A stretch of DNA of 64,000 nucleotides. It comes from Chitinophagales bacterium (GTDB lineage: Bacteria; Bacteroidota; Bacteroidia; Chitinophagales; UBA8649). Made by a program: the position numbers and the translations under genes. Shown piece after piece: positions 9,976 through 19,713 of this stretch. The stretch's first letter is position 1. Every line of letters starts with the position of its first letter. Below the pieces are notes generated by a model that had not been told where the DNA came from, searched no databases, and saw only the letters and a list, made by a program, of their open reading frames with translations. The stretch is taken from contig JACJYS010000001.1 of NCBI GenBank assembly GCA_020635995.1, positions 810,477 to 874,476 of the forward strand, written 5' to 3'.

Positions 9976-11007
9976 ATGAAAATAGCTTTAATACATACAC
10001 GCTATAAGTATAAAGGTGGCTTAGAAACCCGACTTTTTAACTATATAAATTATTTTCTGCAAAAAGGCGATACCGTAGATTTATATACTGCCGAAATAGA
10101 TGCTAATATAGCAATACCGAACGGTTTAAACCTACATTATATAAACGTAAAAAAACACATAAAACACTTTAGAAACTACTTTTTTGATAAAAAACTGCAT
10201 CAAGTTTTTAATGAAAACAACTACGATTTTGCATTAGCCTTAGAAAGAAATAGGGTAAAATATTTATTGGCACCCAATACGCATAAGGGATTTTTTAAGG
10301 CAAGTAATGCTATTTTAAAAACGCCTATTGATTTAGTGCAGTTGCATTTAGAAAAACAATCTTTTTCTTATGCCAAAATTATATATGCCTGCTCTGAAAT
10401 GGTAAAAAATGAAATAGAACAATATTATGGCGTTTCTCCTCAAAAAGTTAAAGTTTTATATCCGCCTATTAACTTAAAAACCTTTAGCATTTTATACACA
10501 AAAGAAGAAGCACGGGCTAAACTTAATTTTAATAGTAGCGACAAACTTTTTTTGTTTGTTTCTACCAGCCATAAAAGAAAAGGCTTGCCATTTTTAAAGA
10601 AAATATTTAAAAAACTACCCGAAAATTACAAACTATTAATAGCTGGTACACCCGTAAAAAACACCAAAAACATAACATCTTTAGGTTTTGTAAAAGACAT
10701 GAGCGTGCTGTACCAAGCTGTAGATTGTCTGCTTCATCCTGCTATATACGAACCTTTTGGGCAAATAGTAATAGAAGCCATAAGCCAAAAAGTGCCGGCT
10801 ATAGTAAGCACAAAAGTAGGTGCAGGCGAGTTTATAAACAGTCATAATGGATATGTGCTCACTAATGACATAGAGATTTGGAAAGAAAAAATATTAAACT
10901 TTGACAAAAACACGTTTGATTTTTCAAATAATGCAGAAATTTTAGAAGAATTATCCTTGCAAAACCACATGAAATTAATGTTGAGCTTCGCAAAGCTGAA
11001 TAATTAA
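9976..11007 (+). CDS. glycosyltransferase family 4 (GT-B, RfaG-like)
   Basis: 343 aa. The C-terminal EX7E-type motif region (YEPFGQIVIEAISQKVPAIVS) is typical of GT4. Confidence 0.75.
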   Translation: MKIALIHTRYKYKGGLETRLFNYINYFLQKGDTVDLYTAEIDANIAIPNGLNLHYINVKKHIKHFRNYFFDKKLHQVFNENNYDFALALERNRVKYLLAPNTHKGFFKASNAILKTPIDLVQLHLEKQSFSYAKIIYACSEMVKNEIEQYYGVSPQKVKVLYPPINLKTFSILYTKEEARAKLNFNSSDKLFLFVSTSHKRKGLPFLKKIFKKLPENYKLLIAGTPVKNTKNITSLGFVKDMSVLYQAVDCLLHPAIYEPFGQIVIEAISQKVPAIVSTKVGAGEFINSHNGYVLTNDIEIWKEKILNFDKNTFDFSNNAEILEELSLQNHMKLMLSFAKLNN

Positions 11008-11068
11008 AAATATTGCCTTACTTTAGTAGTTTATTTTGCAAAGGCAATCAAAAATAAGTGAACACAAT

Positions 11069-12862
11069 ATGAGTGAAAAGAAGTTATTATTAGAAGTTAA
11101 AAATTTAGTAACCGAGTTTAATACCGAAGAAGGAAGCGTTAAAGCAGTAAAAGGTATTAGTTTTAATCTTTATAGAGGCGAAACCGTGGGAATAGTGGGA
11201 GAGTCTGGCTCCGGAAAATCCGTTACATCATTGTCTATCATGCGTTTAATTCCTTCTCCTCCGGGCAAAATAAGCAGTGGCGAAATTATATACCACACTA
11301 AAGATGGTAAGCAAGTAGATCTTTTAAAATTATCGGAAGATGAAATGCGAAAATATAGAGGTAATGACATCTCTATGATTTTTCAAGAGCCTATGACTTC
11401 TTTAAACCCTGTTTTTACTTGTGGCGATCAAGTTATGGAGGCTATTTTGCTACATCAAAACGTAGATAAACAAAGAGCTAAAGAAATAACTTTAGAAATG
11501 TTTGAAAAAGTACAGTTGCCTACACCGCCACGTATTTTTGATGCTTATCCTCATCAATTATCGGGTGGGCAAAAGCAAAGGGTAATGATAGCCATGGCAA
11601 TGAGTTGCAACCCTGATATATTAATAGCCGATGAGCCCACTACCGCTTTAGATGTAACCGTACAAAAAACCATATTGGAGTTAATGAACGAATTGAGTGA
11701 AACTATAGATAGCTCAATAGTTTTTATTACCCACGATTTAGGCGTTATAGGCGAAATAGCCGACCGAGTTATAGTGATGTACAAAGGTGATATAGTAGAA
11801 GAAGGCAGTGTTTTAGATATTTTTAAAAATCCACGACATCCTTATACGCGTTCACTATTAGCTTGCCGACCGCCATTAGGACTGCGATTAAGCACTTTAC
11901 CTACGGTAAAAGATTTCATGAAAGTAGAAAATGGAAAAATTATAGAGCTAAACACTTCTGTAGAAGAAGCCATAAATAAAGTAATAGTTTCTGAAAATGA
12001 AACCAAAGCCAGATTAGAAGGCTTAAAAGAGAAAGAACCTATTTTAAAGGTTAAAAATTTACACACATGGTTTCCTACTAAAAAGAATTTATTTGGCAAA
12101 ACAACTGATTGGGTTAAAGCTGTAGATGATGTTACTTTTGATGTTTATCCGGGCGAAACGCTTGGATTAGTTGGCGAATCGGGGTGCGGAAAAACCACAC
12201 TGGGGCGTACCATATTAAATTTAGCACCGGCACATAGCGGAGAAGTATTTTTTGAAGGAAAAAACTTATTGCAGCTTCCTGCCAAAGAAATGAAAGAAAT
12301 GCGTAAGGATATGCAAATAATTTTTCAAGACCCTTACTCTTCTTTAAACCCCCGTATGACTATTGGCGGAGCCATACAAGAACCTATGACTGTGCATGGT
12401 TTGTACGGCAATGAAAAACAAAGAAAAGAAAAGGTAGAAAGCTTGCTTGAAACCGTAGATTTAGATCCTAAACATTATTATAGATACCCGCATGAGTTTA
12501 GTGGAGGGCAGCGTCAGCGTATTTGTATAGCCCGTGCTTTGGCACTTAATCCACGTTTTATTATTTGCGATGAATCTGTATCGGCATTAGATGTTTCGGT
12601 GCAAGCACAGGTGCTTAATCTATTGCTAAACTTGCGAAAAGAATACAACTTTACTTACATTTTTATCTCGCACGATTTAAGTGTAGTTAAATTTATGAGT
12701 GATAGAATGGTGGTTATGAACAAAGGAAAAATAGAAGAAATGGGTGCTGCCGATGATATTTATAATAATCCACAAAGAGAATATACACAACGCCTAATTC
12801 ACGCCATACCAAAAGGCGAACTTAAAGATATAGAAGCAAGAATTGCAAAAGCAAAAGCTTAA
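11069..12862 (+). CDS. ABC transporter ATP-binding protein with two fused ATPase domains (Dpp/Opp-type, YejF/GsiA-like)
   Basis: Two Walker A motifs (GESGSGKS, GESGCGKT), two LSGGQ signatures and two Walker B motifs, plus the oligopeptide-type C-terminal extension (HPYTRSLL). The ORF track starts at a TTG at 11036; the ATG at 11069 is more plausible. Confidence 0.85.
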   Translation: MSEKKLLLEVKNLVTEFNTEEGSVKAVKGISFNLYRGETVGIVGESGSGKSVTSLSIMRLIPSPPGKISSGEIIYHTKDGKQVDLLKLSEDEMRKYRGNDISMIFQEPMTSLNPVFTCGDQVMEAILLHQNVDKQRAKEITLEMFEKVQLPTPPRIFDAYPHQLSGGQKQRVMIAMAMSCNPDILIADEPTTALDVTVQKTILELMNELSETIDSSIVFITHDLGVIGEIADRVIVMYKGDIVEEGSVLDIFKNPRHPYTRSLLACRPPLGLRLSTLPTVKDFMKVENGKIIELNTSVEEAINKVIVSENETKARLEGLKEKEPILKVKNLHTWFPTKKNLFGKTTDWVKAVDDVTFDVYPGETLGLVGESGCGKTTLGRTILNLAPAHSGEVFFEGKNLLQLPAKEMKEMRKDMQIIFQDPYSSLNPRMTIGGAIQEPMTVHGLYGNEKQRKEKVESLLETVDLDPKHYYRYPHEFSGGQRQRICIARALALNPRFIICDESVSALDVSVQAQVLNLLLNLRKEYNFTYIFISHDLSVVKFMSDRMVVMNKGKIEEMGAADDIYNNPQREYTQRLIHAIPKGELKDIEARIAKAKA

Positions 12863-12883
12863 AAGCCTTTAATAAAATAACTA

Positions 12884-13798
12884 ATGAGTAATATATTACT
12901 TGAAACCCAAAACATCAGCAAATCTTTTGGAGATAAAAAGGCATTGCAAAATTTCAATATAAAAATTCCTGAAGGAAGCATTTATGGTTTACTTGGACCA
13001 AATGGAGCAGGAAAAACCACCTTTTTAAGAATAATAAACCAAATTTCTTTTCCCGATACAGGAAAAATATTGTTTAATGGCGAAACCTTACAACAAAAGC
13101 ATATAGCACAAATAGGTTATATGCCGGAAGAAAGAGGACTATACCGAAATATGAAAGTAGGTGAACAAGCCATTTATTTAGCTCAATTAAAAGGTTTAGA
13201 AAAAGCTGAAGCTACCAAAAGATTAAAACTTTGGTTTGAAAAACTGCAAATTAAAGGTTGGTGGGACAAAAAAATAAATGAACTGTCAAAAGGAATGGGA
13301 CAAAAAGTACAGTTTATAACTACCGTACTGCACGAACCTAAACTTATAATTTTTGATGAACCTTTTAGCGGTTTTGATCCCGTAAATGCCAATATAATAA
13401 GAGATGAAATATTGCAACTAAAAGCAAAGGGAACAACCATAATTTTTTCTACTCATAGAATGGAATCTGTGGAAGAAATGTGTGATTATGTGGCTTTAAT
13501 TAATAAATCTGAAAAAATACTGGATGGAGAAATTAACGACATAAAGCAGCAGTTTAAAGAAGGCAAACTTAAAGTGAAACTCAAAGTAAATAATGCTGAG
13601 TTGTTTTCAGATTTTAAACAGCAGTACGATATTATAGAGCTTAAAACCAATAAAGATGTGGCAGATTTTGTATTAAACACTACACAAAACACTACAAAAA
13701 AAGTAATAAACGAAATAAATAAGCTTGGAGAATTAATTTACTTTAATGAAATGACACCAAGCATGAACGAAATATTCTTAAAAGCGGTAAAAGAATAG
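12884..13798 (+). CDS. ABC transporter ATP-binding protein (ABC-2/NatA-like)
   Basis: Walker A GPNGAGKTT, signature LSKGMGQK and Walker B IIFDEP. It sits immediately upstream of an ABC-2 permease. Confidence 0.85.
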   Translation: MSNILLETQNISKSFGDKKALQNFNIKIPEGSIYGLLGPNGAGKTTFLRIINQISFPDTGKILFNGETLQQKHIAQIGYMPEERGLYRNMKVGEQAIYLAQLKGLEKAEATKRLKLWFEKLQIKGWWDKKINELSKGMGQKVQFITTVLHEPKLIIFDEPFSGFDPVNANIIRDEILQLKAKGTTIIFSTHRMESVEEMCDYVALINKSEKILDGEINDIKQQFKEGKLKVKLKVNNAELFSDFKQQYDIIELKTNKDVADFVLNTTQNTTKKVINEINKLGELIYFNEMTPSMNEIFLKAVKE

Positions 13799-13800
13799 TT

Positions 13801-15117
13801 ATGAATCAAATATTATTAGTTACCCAAAGAGAATATTTAGTTCAAGTAAAAAAGAAATCTTTTATTATTCTTACTTTGGCTATGCCACTGCTTATGATGG
13901 CACTTTTTGCTTTAGTAATTTTTTTTAGCAAAGCTAATCAACAAACAGATAAAATAGCGGTAATAGATAACAGTGGTTTGTTTAGTACTGTTTTTAAATC
14001 CACAGAAAATGAGCTGTTTTCTTTTTATAATGATGCTGATTTTAGTGCTTTAAAAGACAGTTTAAATACTTCAAACAATTTTCAAGGTATATTATTTATT
14101 CCAAAAGCGGATGAAAACTATCAAAATCTTGTAGAAGGAATATTGCTTTTGAGCAACAAAAATTTTAGTGTTACAAAATTAACGAGCCTACAAAATAAAA
14201 TAGCAAATCATATAGAAGAGTTAAAATTGGCACAAAAAGGTGTTTCTAAAGAAGATTTTGAAGAAATAAAAACCAATGTTTCTATAAAGGTAGAGAAATT
14301 GAGCAGTACAGGTTCTACAAATTCTAATGAGAGTTTAGAAACCATAAAAATGGTTATTTCAACTATGTTGATGTATGCCACTTTTATGTTTATAATGATG
14401 TATAGTATAAGAGTAATGCGTAGTGTTTTAGAAGAAAAAAGTAACCGTGTTGTAGAAATTATTATTTCCTCTGTAAAACCATTTAACTTAATGATTGGTA
14501 AAATATTGGGCACTACTTTAATGGCAATTACACAGTTTGTTATTTGGATTATTTTTATAGTGATATTACTTACTGTTTTTCACAATTTATTTCCTGCGGG
14601 AGGAATGCCAAATAATAACCTAATGGCACAAAACCCGGCAATAATGCAAGAAAATATGAATGCAGAATTTAGCCAAACTGTAGATGCTTTATTCCAATTA
14701 AACTATCCGTTAATCATAATCTCATTTTTAATTTATTTCTTTTTTGGTTATTTGCTATACAGTGCATTTTTTGCAGCGATAGGAGCTTCTGTAGATAATG
14801 AAACGGATACACAACAATTTATGTGGGTGGGTTTAATTCCGTTAATGTTAGGTGTATATGGTTCGTTTTCTATTATGGACAATCCCGATGGACCCGTAGG
14901 ATTTTGGTTGTCATTAATTCCATTTACTTCTCCCGTTTCTATGATGATGCGTATAGCTTATGATGTTCCAGTTTGGCAATTGGGTTTGTCTATTCTAATA
15001 CTTATAACGTCCGTTTTTGCTATGGTGTGGTTTGCTGCTAAAATATACAAAGCAGGCATACTTATGTACGGCAAAAAAGCCAGCTTTAAAGATTGGTATA
15101 AGTGGTTGAGGATGTAG
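13801..15117 (+). CDS. ABC-2 family permease (NatB-like)
   Basis: 438 aa with an N-terminal TM helix, a large extracytoplasmic loop and a C-terminal multi-TM bundle. It is translationally coupled to the ATPase. Confidence 0.75.
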   Translation: MNQILLVTQREYLVQVKKKSFIILTLAMPLLMMALFALVIFFSKANQQTDKIAVIDNSGLFSTVFKSTENELFSFYNDADFSALKDSLNTSNNFQGILFIPKADENYQNLVEGILLLSNKNFSVTKLTSLQNKIANHIEELKLAQKGVSKEDFEEIKTNVSIKVEKLSSTGSTNSNESLETIKMVISTMLMYATFMFIMMYSIRVMRSVLEEKSNRVVEIIISSVKPFNLMIGKILGTTLMAITQFVIWIIFIVILLTVFHNLFPAGGMPNNNLMAQNPAIMQENMNAEFSQTVDALFQLNYPLIIISFLIYFFFGYLLYSAFFAAIGASVDNETDTQQFMWVGLIPLMLGVYGSFSIMDNPDGPVGFWLSLIPFTSPVSMMMRIAYDVPVWQLGLSILILITSVFAMVWFAAKIYKAGILMYGKKASFKDWYKWLRM

Positions 15118-15165
15118 CTTGCTAATTAGATAATTTGGAAATTAGGTAATTGTCTAATTAAAAAA

Positions 15166-16926
15166 TTATTTCAGAACAACTTTAGTGCAAAAAATATCAT
15201 TATCAGATTTTAACTTAATAATGTAAGTTCCTTTACTTATTCCATTATTTAGCAAGTTTACAGAAGTAGAATTTGTATTAATAGCTTTAGTGAAAACCAA
15301 ATTACCTAATATGTTGTAAATTTCTAAAAACGAATTAGAAGCAGTATTTTCTATGTTAATTGTTCCTGTTGTTGGATTTGGATATATGCTAACATTAAGA
15401 TTTTTATTAGAAGTAATAGCTGTTGCTTTGTTTAAAATTAAAATATCTTCTTCTAAAGTGAAACTAAGATTTTCTTGCAAACTATTCTCTAATAGTGAAA
15501 CTATAGGAGTGCTATCATTAGAAACAGTATAGTTATCTACCCAAACTGAATACTCGTCAATAGCAAGATTGTCATATTCAAAATAGCCTAAGCTATTAGT
15601 GGTTGTATGTTTTACTACTTCATTGTTAGTGTTTTTCAAAATAAGATTTAGGTTTTCTACAGGTTCTCCTCCATCTTTTTTACCCGCTCCTAAAGAAACG
15701 TAGCCAGAGATAAATCCAGAACCTCCAGGATTTACGCCTGCTATTGTATTAAAGTTGGCTATAGAATAAGGAATTATATGAGGCACACTGATTGCAGAGC
15801 TAAAAGTGGTAGAATTTGTATAATAGGTTGGAACCTCATTTGGATAATGTGAAGAATCAGGAATCGCTTTAATATACATATCAGCATATATATTTATAAA
15901 TTCAAAAAAACCACTAGTGTCTGTTGTTGTTTGAGCAAATAATCCAACAGAGTCTACACTTGAATCATAACCTATTAATAATACAGTCGAGTTTTGTAGA
16001 GGAGTAGCAAGAGATGTACTTATGTTACCTATAATATGCACGCCAGTTATATCAAATGCAATAGTGATGGTATCACAAATATTGTTGTAGGAATTATTAC
16101 AAAGTTCGAAATCCGCTGTGTCGGGTCCAAAGAAGTTGTTAGCCGGAACGTATTCATAACAAGTTGGAGAAGTTTGGGTTATTATTCCATTAAATGCTAA
16201 ACTTAATAAAGATGAACTCAAATTGTTACCAGAATAACAAGTAAAAGAATCTAAACAAAAGTTAACAGTCGTATTCATTTGACTGGTGTAGTTTATGGTA
16301 TCAGCAACAGTGGTAGTTTGGATAAAAAAAATTGTTGTATCACAGATGTTGCTAGTGCAAACTTCAATGAATACAGTATCAAATCCCCAACAATTTGAAG
16401 TGTAATTCATACATCCTGGCATTGTCGGAGATAATGTTCCATAATTAGAAAAAGGTGAGATTACACTTGTGGTAGTAATAGGATTGTTAAACTGAGTTTC
16501 AATACATAAATCAATTGGACATCCTTCACAAGTCTCAGCTGGTAAAGAATCTGTTACTGGATTTACATTAATATAAACAATTGCAGTATCACATAAAACA
16601 GGAATTCCGGTATCACAAACTTCATAACCAAAATAGTCTGTTCCAACAAAATTTGGGTCTGGAATATATGTAATAACTGAACCACCATTAGAAGTAATTG
16701 TGCCATAGGTTGGAGTTAATGTAAATGACAAACTTGTAACATCCAACGGTCCTTGGGCGTCATAGTCATTGCCAAGCATATCTATCGTAACAGGGGTGTC
16801 TTCATCAACAGTTGCAGTATCATTAACTGCTATTGGAGGTGTATTTTGTGATGAACCTAAAATAAAAAGAATACAAAATAGAATTGTAGATATAAATTTC
16901 ATCTTTTTTAGTTTGTTGCCATTCAA
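15166..16926 (-). CDS. T9SS-sorted secreted protein with cadherin-like Ig domain
   Basis: It has a signal peptide and a cadherin-like segment (PIAVNDTATVDEDTPVTIDMLGND...GTDYFGYEVCD). The C-terminal Por-secretion tail is IYPNPTTGTINIE...GTYIIKLKSD. The true start may be the MKFIS methionine at about 16902. Confidence 0.8.
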   Translation of the reverse strand: MNGNKLKKMKFISTILFCILFILGSSQNTPPIAVNDTATVDEDTPVTIDMLGNDYDAQGPLDVTSLSFTLTPTYGTITSNGGSVITYIPDPNFVGTDYFGYEVCDTGIPVLCDTAIVYINVNPVTDSLPAETCEGCPIDLCIETQFNNPITTTSVISPFSNYGTLSPTMPGCMNYTSNCWGFDTVFIEVCTSNICDTTIFFIQTTTVADTINYTSQMNTTVNFCLDSFTCYSGNNLSSSLLSLAFNGIITQTSPTCYEYVPANNFFGPDTADFELCNNSYNNICDTITIAFDITGVHIIGNISTSLATPLQNSTVLLIGYDSSVDSVGLFAQTTTDTSGFFEFINIYADMYIKAIPDSSHYPNEVPTYYTNSTTFSSAISVPHIIPYSIANFNTIAGVNPGGSGFISGYVSLGAGKKDGGEPVENLNLILKNTNNEVVKHTTTNSLGYFEYDNLAIDEYSVWVDNYTVSNDSTPIVSLLENSLQENLSFTLEEDILILNKATAITSNKNLNVSIYPNPTTGTINIENTASNSFLEIYNILGNLVFTKAINTNSTSVNLLNNGISKGTYIIKLKSDNDIFCTKVVLK

Positions 16927-17034
16927 AGATAAAATTAAATATTATATAATTAAGTTTTTTTTAAATTTATTTTATTTGAAAATAATAATAGTTGTACCAA
17001 TTGTTGACACAAAATAGTCTAATCTATTTTGTGT

Positions 17035-17081
17035 TTTATAATGGTAAATGCCGTTAGAGCAATATATTTAGTACAATAAGG
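17035..17081 (-). repeat. 47-nt intergenic repeat, copy 2 (inverted relative to 7810-7856)
   Basis: Its reverse complement matches 7810-7856 at 42/47 positions. Confidence 0.75.
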
Positions 17082-17097
17082 CGGAAGCCGATATTGG

Positions 17098-17124
17098 ACT
17101 ATTATATATTCCTAAACGGTATTA
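17098..17124 (+). repeat. short version of the same repeat family
   Basis: ACTATTATATATTCCTAAACGGTATTA is 25/27 identical to 38392-38418. It overlaps the uppP stop codon. Confidence 0.7.
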
Positions 17125-17907
17125 CAGTATAGTTGTAAACTTCAATAAAACTATTAGAATAACCCCCACAACTATTCTGTAATAACCAAACATTTTAAAA
17201 CCATATTTGGTTAAGAAGCTTATAAAGCCTTTTATGGCAATGAGTGCTACAATGAAAGCTACAATATTTCCTAAAGCTAATATGCCTAAATCTGAAGATT
17301 GAAAACCAAAATCAAGTTGATACTTTAGCATTTTGTAGCCTGTGGCTGCCAGCATAGTTGGCACTGCTAAAAAGAATGAAAATTCAGCAGCATTTGTCCT
17401 ATTTAGTTTTTGGCTAAGTCCGCCTATAATAGTTGCCGCAGAGCGAGAAACACCAGGCATCATAGCTATTACTTGAAAGAAACCTATAATTAAAGCTTTT
17501 ACATAGCTTATCTCTTGCTTGCCTGTTACTTCTTCATTTTTAGCAAAATATTTATCTACAAAAAGTAAAACTATTCCACCTAAAATTAAATTGATACCCA
17601 CAGTTAGCGGGCTTTCTAATAAAGCATCTATATAATCATTAAGTAATAAGCCAAAAATTGCAGCAGGAACAAAAGCTATAAATAGCTTTACATAAAAATC
17701 AAAGGATTGTAAAAAACGTTTCCAATACAAAACCAAAACGGAAAGAATAGCACCAAACTGTATGGCTACGGTAAACATTTTTACATATTCATTTTCTGCT
17801 ATGCCCATAAAAGCAGAGCCTATAATCATGTGTCCGGTAGAAGAAACGGGCAAAAACTCGGTAAGCCCTTCAATAATAGCTAAAACTATAGCTTGCCAGT
17901 TTTCCAT
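17122..17907 (-). CDS. uppP: undecaprenyl-diphosphate phosphatase
   Basis: 261 aa. BacA/UppP motifs are present: [15 protein letters not shown] and [10 protein letters not shown]. Confidence 0.9.
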   Translation of the reverse strand: MENWQAIVLAIIEGLTEFLPVSSTGHMIIGSAFMGIAENEYVKMFTVAIQFGAILSVLVLYWKRFLQSFDFYVKLFIAFVPAAIFGLLLNDYIDALLESPLTVGINLILGGIVLLFVDKYFAKNEEVTGKQEISYVKALIIGFFQVIAMMPGVSRSAATIIGGLSQKLNRTNAAEFSFFLAVPTMLAATGYKMLKYQLDFGFQSSDLGILALGNIVAFIVALIAIKGFISFLTKYGFKMFGYYRIVVGVILIVLLKFTTIL

Positions 17908-18161
17908 TAAGCGTCAGCCTTCTTAAAGTTTTTCATTATGGCAAAAACTTCAAGTATAAAACCTAACATTATAACTATAGGAGCTAAGGTAATGCGTCTA
18001 AAACTATACAAACCGGCTTTATCAAACTCATGAGCGTAGCCGTCAGGACCCAGCTCGGCACCACCGCCAGCCATTAGCATAAAACCAATAATAATTATTA
18101 CTACACCTACTGCCATTAGTATGTAGTTCATTTTTGTATATAATAATTGTGATTTACTCAT
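17907..18161 (-). CDS. DUF3098 small membrane protein
   Basis: 84 aa with two TM helices and the [10 protein letters not shown] motif. It lies between ftsX and uppP, as is usual in Bacteroidota. Confidence 0.7.
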   Translation of the reverse strand: MSKSQLLYTKMNYILMAVGVVIIIIGFMLMAGGGAELGPDGYAHEFDKAGLYSFRRITLAPIVIMLGFILEVFAIMKNFKKADA

Positions 18162-18222
18162 AATATAGTCTATTATCTAATTGTCTAAAAATCTATGTCT
18201 ATCTGTCTGCCAGTCTATTCAT

Positions 18223-19092
18223 TTAATAAAGGTCATCTAATTTCATTCTTAAATATTTTCTTACTGCAAAGCTTGTACTTATCAGCGAAATTAGAACACC
18301 TAAAATAATTAATGCTCCAAAAATAAGTATAAAATCTAAAATATTAGCAAACACATTGATGGGTATAACATATTTTTCAAATAAAAATACCGTTAGCATT
18401 AAAAGTAACGATGCCAAAACAGTACTTATAATTCCGTTTAAAAGCCCTCTTAATATAAAAGGTTTGGTTATAAACCACCTTGTAGCTCCCACCAATTGCA
18501 TACTTCTAATAATAAACCGTTTAGAAAACATAGCCAATTTTATGGTATTGTCTATTATAATGTAACTAACAAGAATTAACAGCACTAAAAAAGCCAACAA
18601 GCCTATTAAAACTTTGGTAGAAATATTATTTATCTCTTCTAAAAGCTGAGCATCATAATTTATACTGCTTACTAAATTGTTTTTGCGTATATCGTCCATA
18701 ATCCACGCTACACTATCTTTATTTGAGTATGGAGCATTTAATTTAAGCAAAACGGCATCTGGCAAAGGGTTGTAACCAATGGTGTTTATAAAATCTTCGC
18801 CTAATTCTTCTTTCATCAGTTCCGCAGCATCTTCTTTATTCACTATTTCTACAGATTTAGCAAAATCTCTGTTTTCCAATTGTTTTGAAAGTTGCAAACG
18901 GTCGCTTTCGCTTACATTTTCCTTTAACACTAATTGAATGGTTAAATTTTCTTTTATACTTTGGCTAAGTTTTGCCGACTGCACAAAGAACGTAGCTATT
19001 ATGCCTAAAACAAATAAAATTAAACTTATACTTATTATTGAAATAAAATAAGTGGGGTTGTTTTTCTTAGTACGTTTTGAACTTTTGCTCAT
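18223..19092 (-). CDS. ftsX: cell division protein FtsX-like permease
   Basis: FtsX topology with an extracytoplasmic domain between TM1 and TM2 and a C-terminal FtsX fold. The ORF track extends to 19161, but the ATG at 19092 (MSKSSKRTKK) is the plausible start. Confidence 0.75.
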   Translation of the reverse strand: MSKSSKRTKKNNPTYFISIISISLILFVLGIIATFFVQSAKLSQSIKENLTIQLVLKENVSESDRLQLSKQLENRDFAKSVEIVNKEDAAELMKEELGEDFINTIGYNPLPDAVLLKLNAPYSNKDSVAWIMDDIRKNNLVSSINYDAQLLEEINNISTKVLIGLLAFLVLLILVSYIIIDNTIKLAMFSKRFIIRSMQLVGATRWFITKPFILRGLLNGIISTVLASLLLMLTVFLFEKYVIPINVFANILDFILIFGALIILGVLISLISTSFAVRKYLRMKLDDLY

Positions 19093-19196
19093 TTGGTGTG
19101 CTAAATTAATTAAAAAAAGTATTGTAAAACTGTGTAAGCAATTAAAACTTATTAACTTCATACTGTTTTAAGTATAAAAACTACTAAATTTAGGAT

Positions 19197-19694
19197 ATGG
19201 ATACACATGAAATTCAATTATTGGTATTAGATGTTGACGGTACATTAACTGACGGAGGTATTTACATTTCGGAAAAAGGCGATGAAATGAAAAAATTTAA
19301 TACCAAAGACGGAATGGGTATTAAAAAATTGATGAAAACGGGCGTTGAAGTTGCTTTTTTAAGTGCCAGTATCAGCAAAAAAATAGTTCATTACAGAGCG
19401 GCTATGTTGGGGGTAAGATACTGCTATGCTGGCAATGCAGATAAAGAAGAAATACTTAACCAATGGCTTGACGAATTAGATATAAGTTTTGAAAACGTAG
19501 CTTTTATAGGCGATGATATTAATGATGCTAAAGTAATGCAACAAGTCGGTTTATCTGCATGCCCGAGTGATGCTTTGGCAGAAGTAAAAAATATAGCTAA
19601 TATCGTTTTAGAGAAAAAAGGTGGTCAAGGTTGCGTCCGCGAGTTTATAGACCGTGTTTTTGTGTATCGGCTATTAGCTTCTGAAGGAAATTAA
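19197..19694 (+). CDS. kdsC: 3-deoxy-D-manno-octulosonate 8-phosphate phosphatase (HAD-IIIA)
   Basis: 165 aa. Motifs LLVLDVDGTLTDG, KDGMGIK, IGDDINDAKVM and GGQGCVREF are typical of KdsC. Confidence 0.8.
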   Translation: MDTHEIQLLVLDVDGTLTDGGIYISEKGDEMKKFNTKDGMGIKKLMKTGVEVAFLSASISKKIVHYRAAMLGVRYCYAGNADKEEILNQWLDELDISFENVAFIGDDINDAKVMQQVGLSACPSDALAEVKNIANIVLEKKGGQGCVREFIDRVFVYRLLASEGN

Positions 19695-19713
19695 GATTGT
19701 TTATTTCTTTTGA

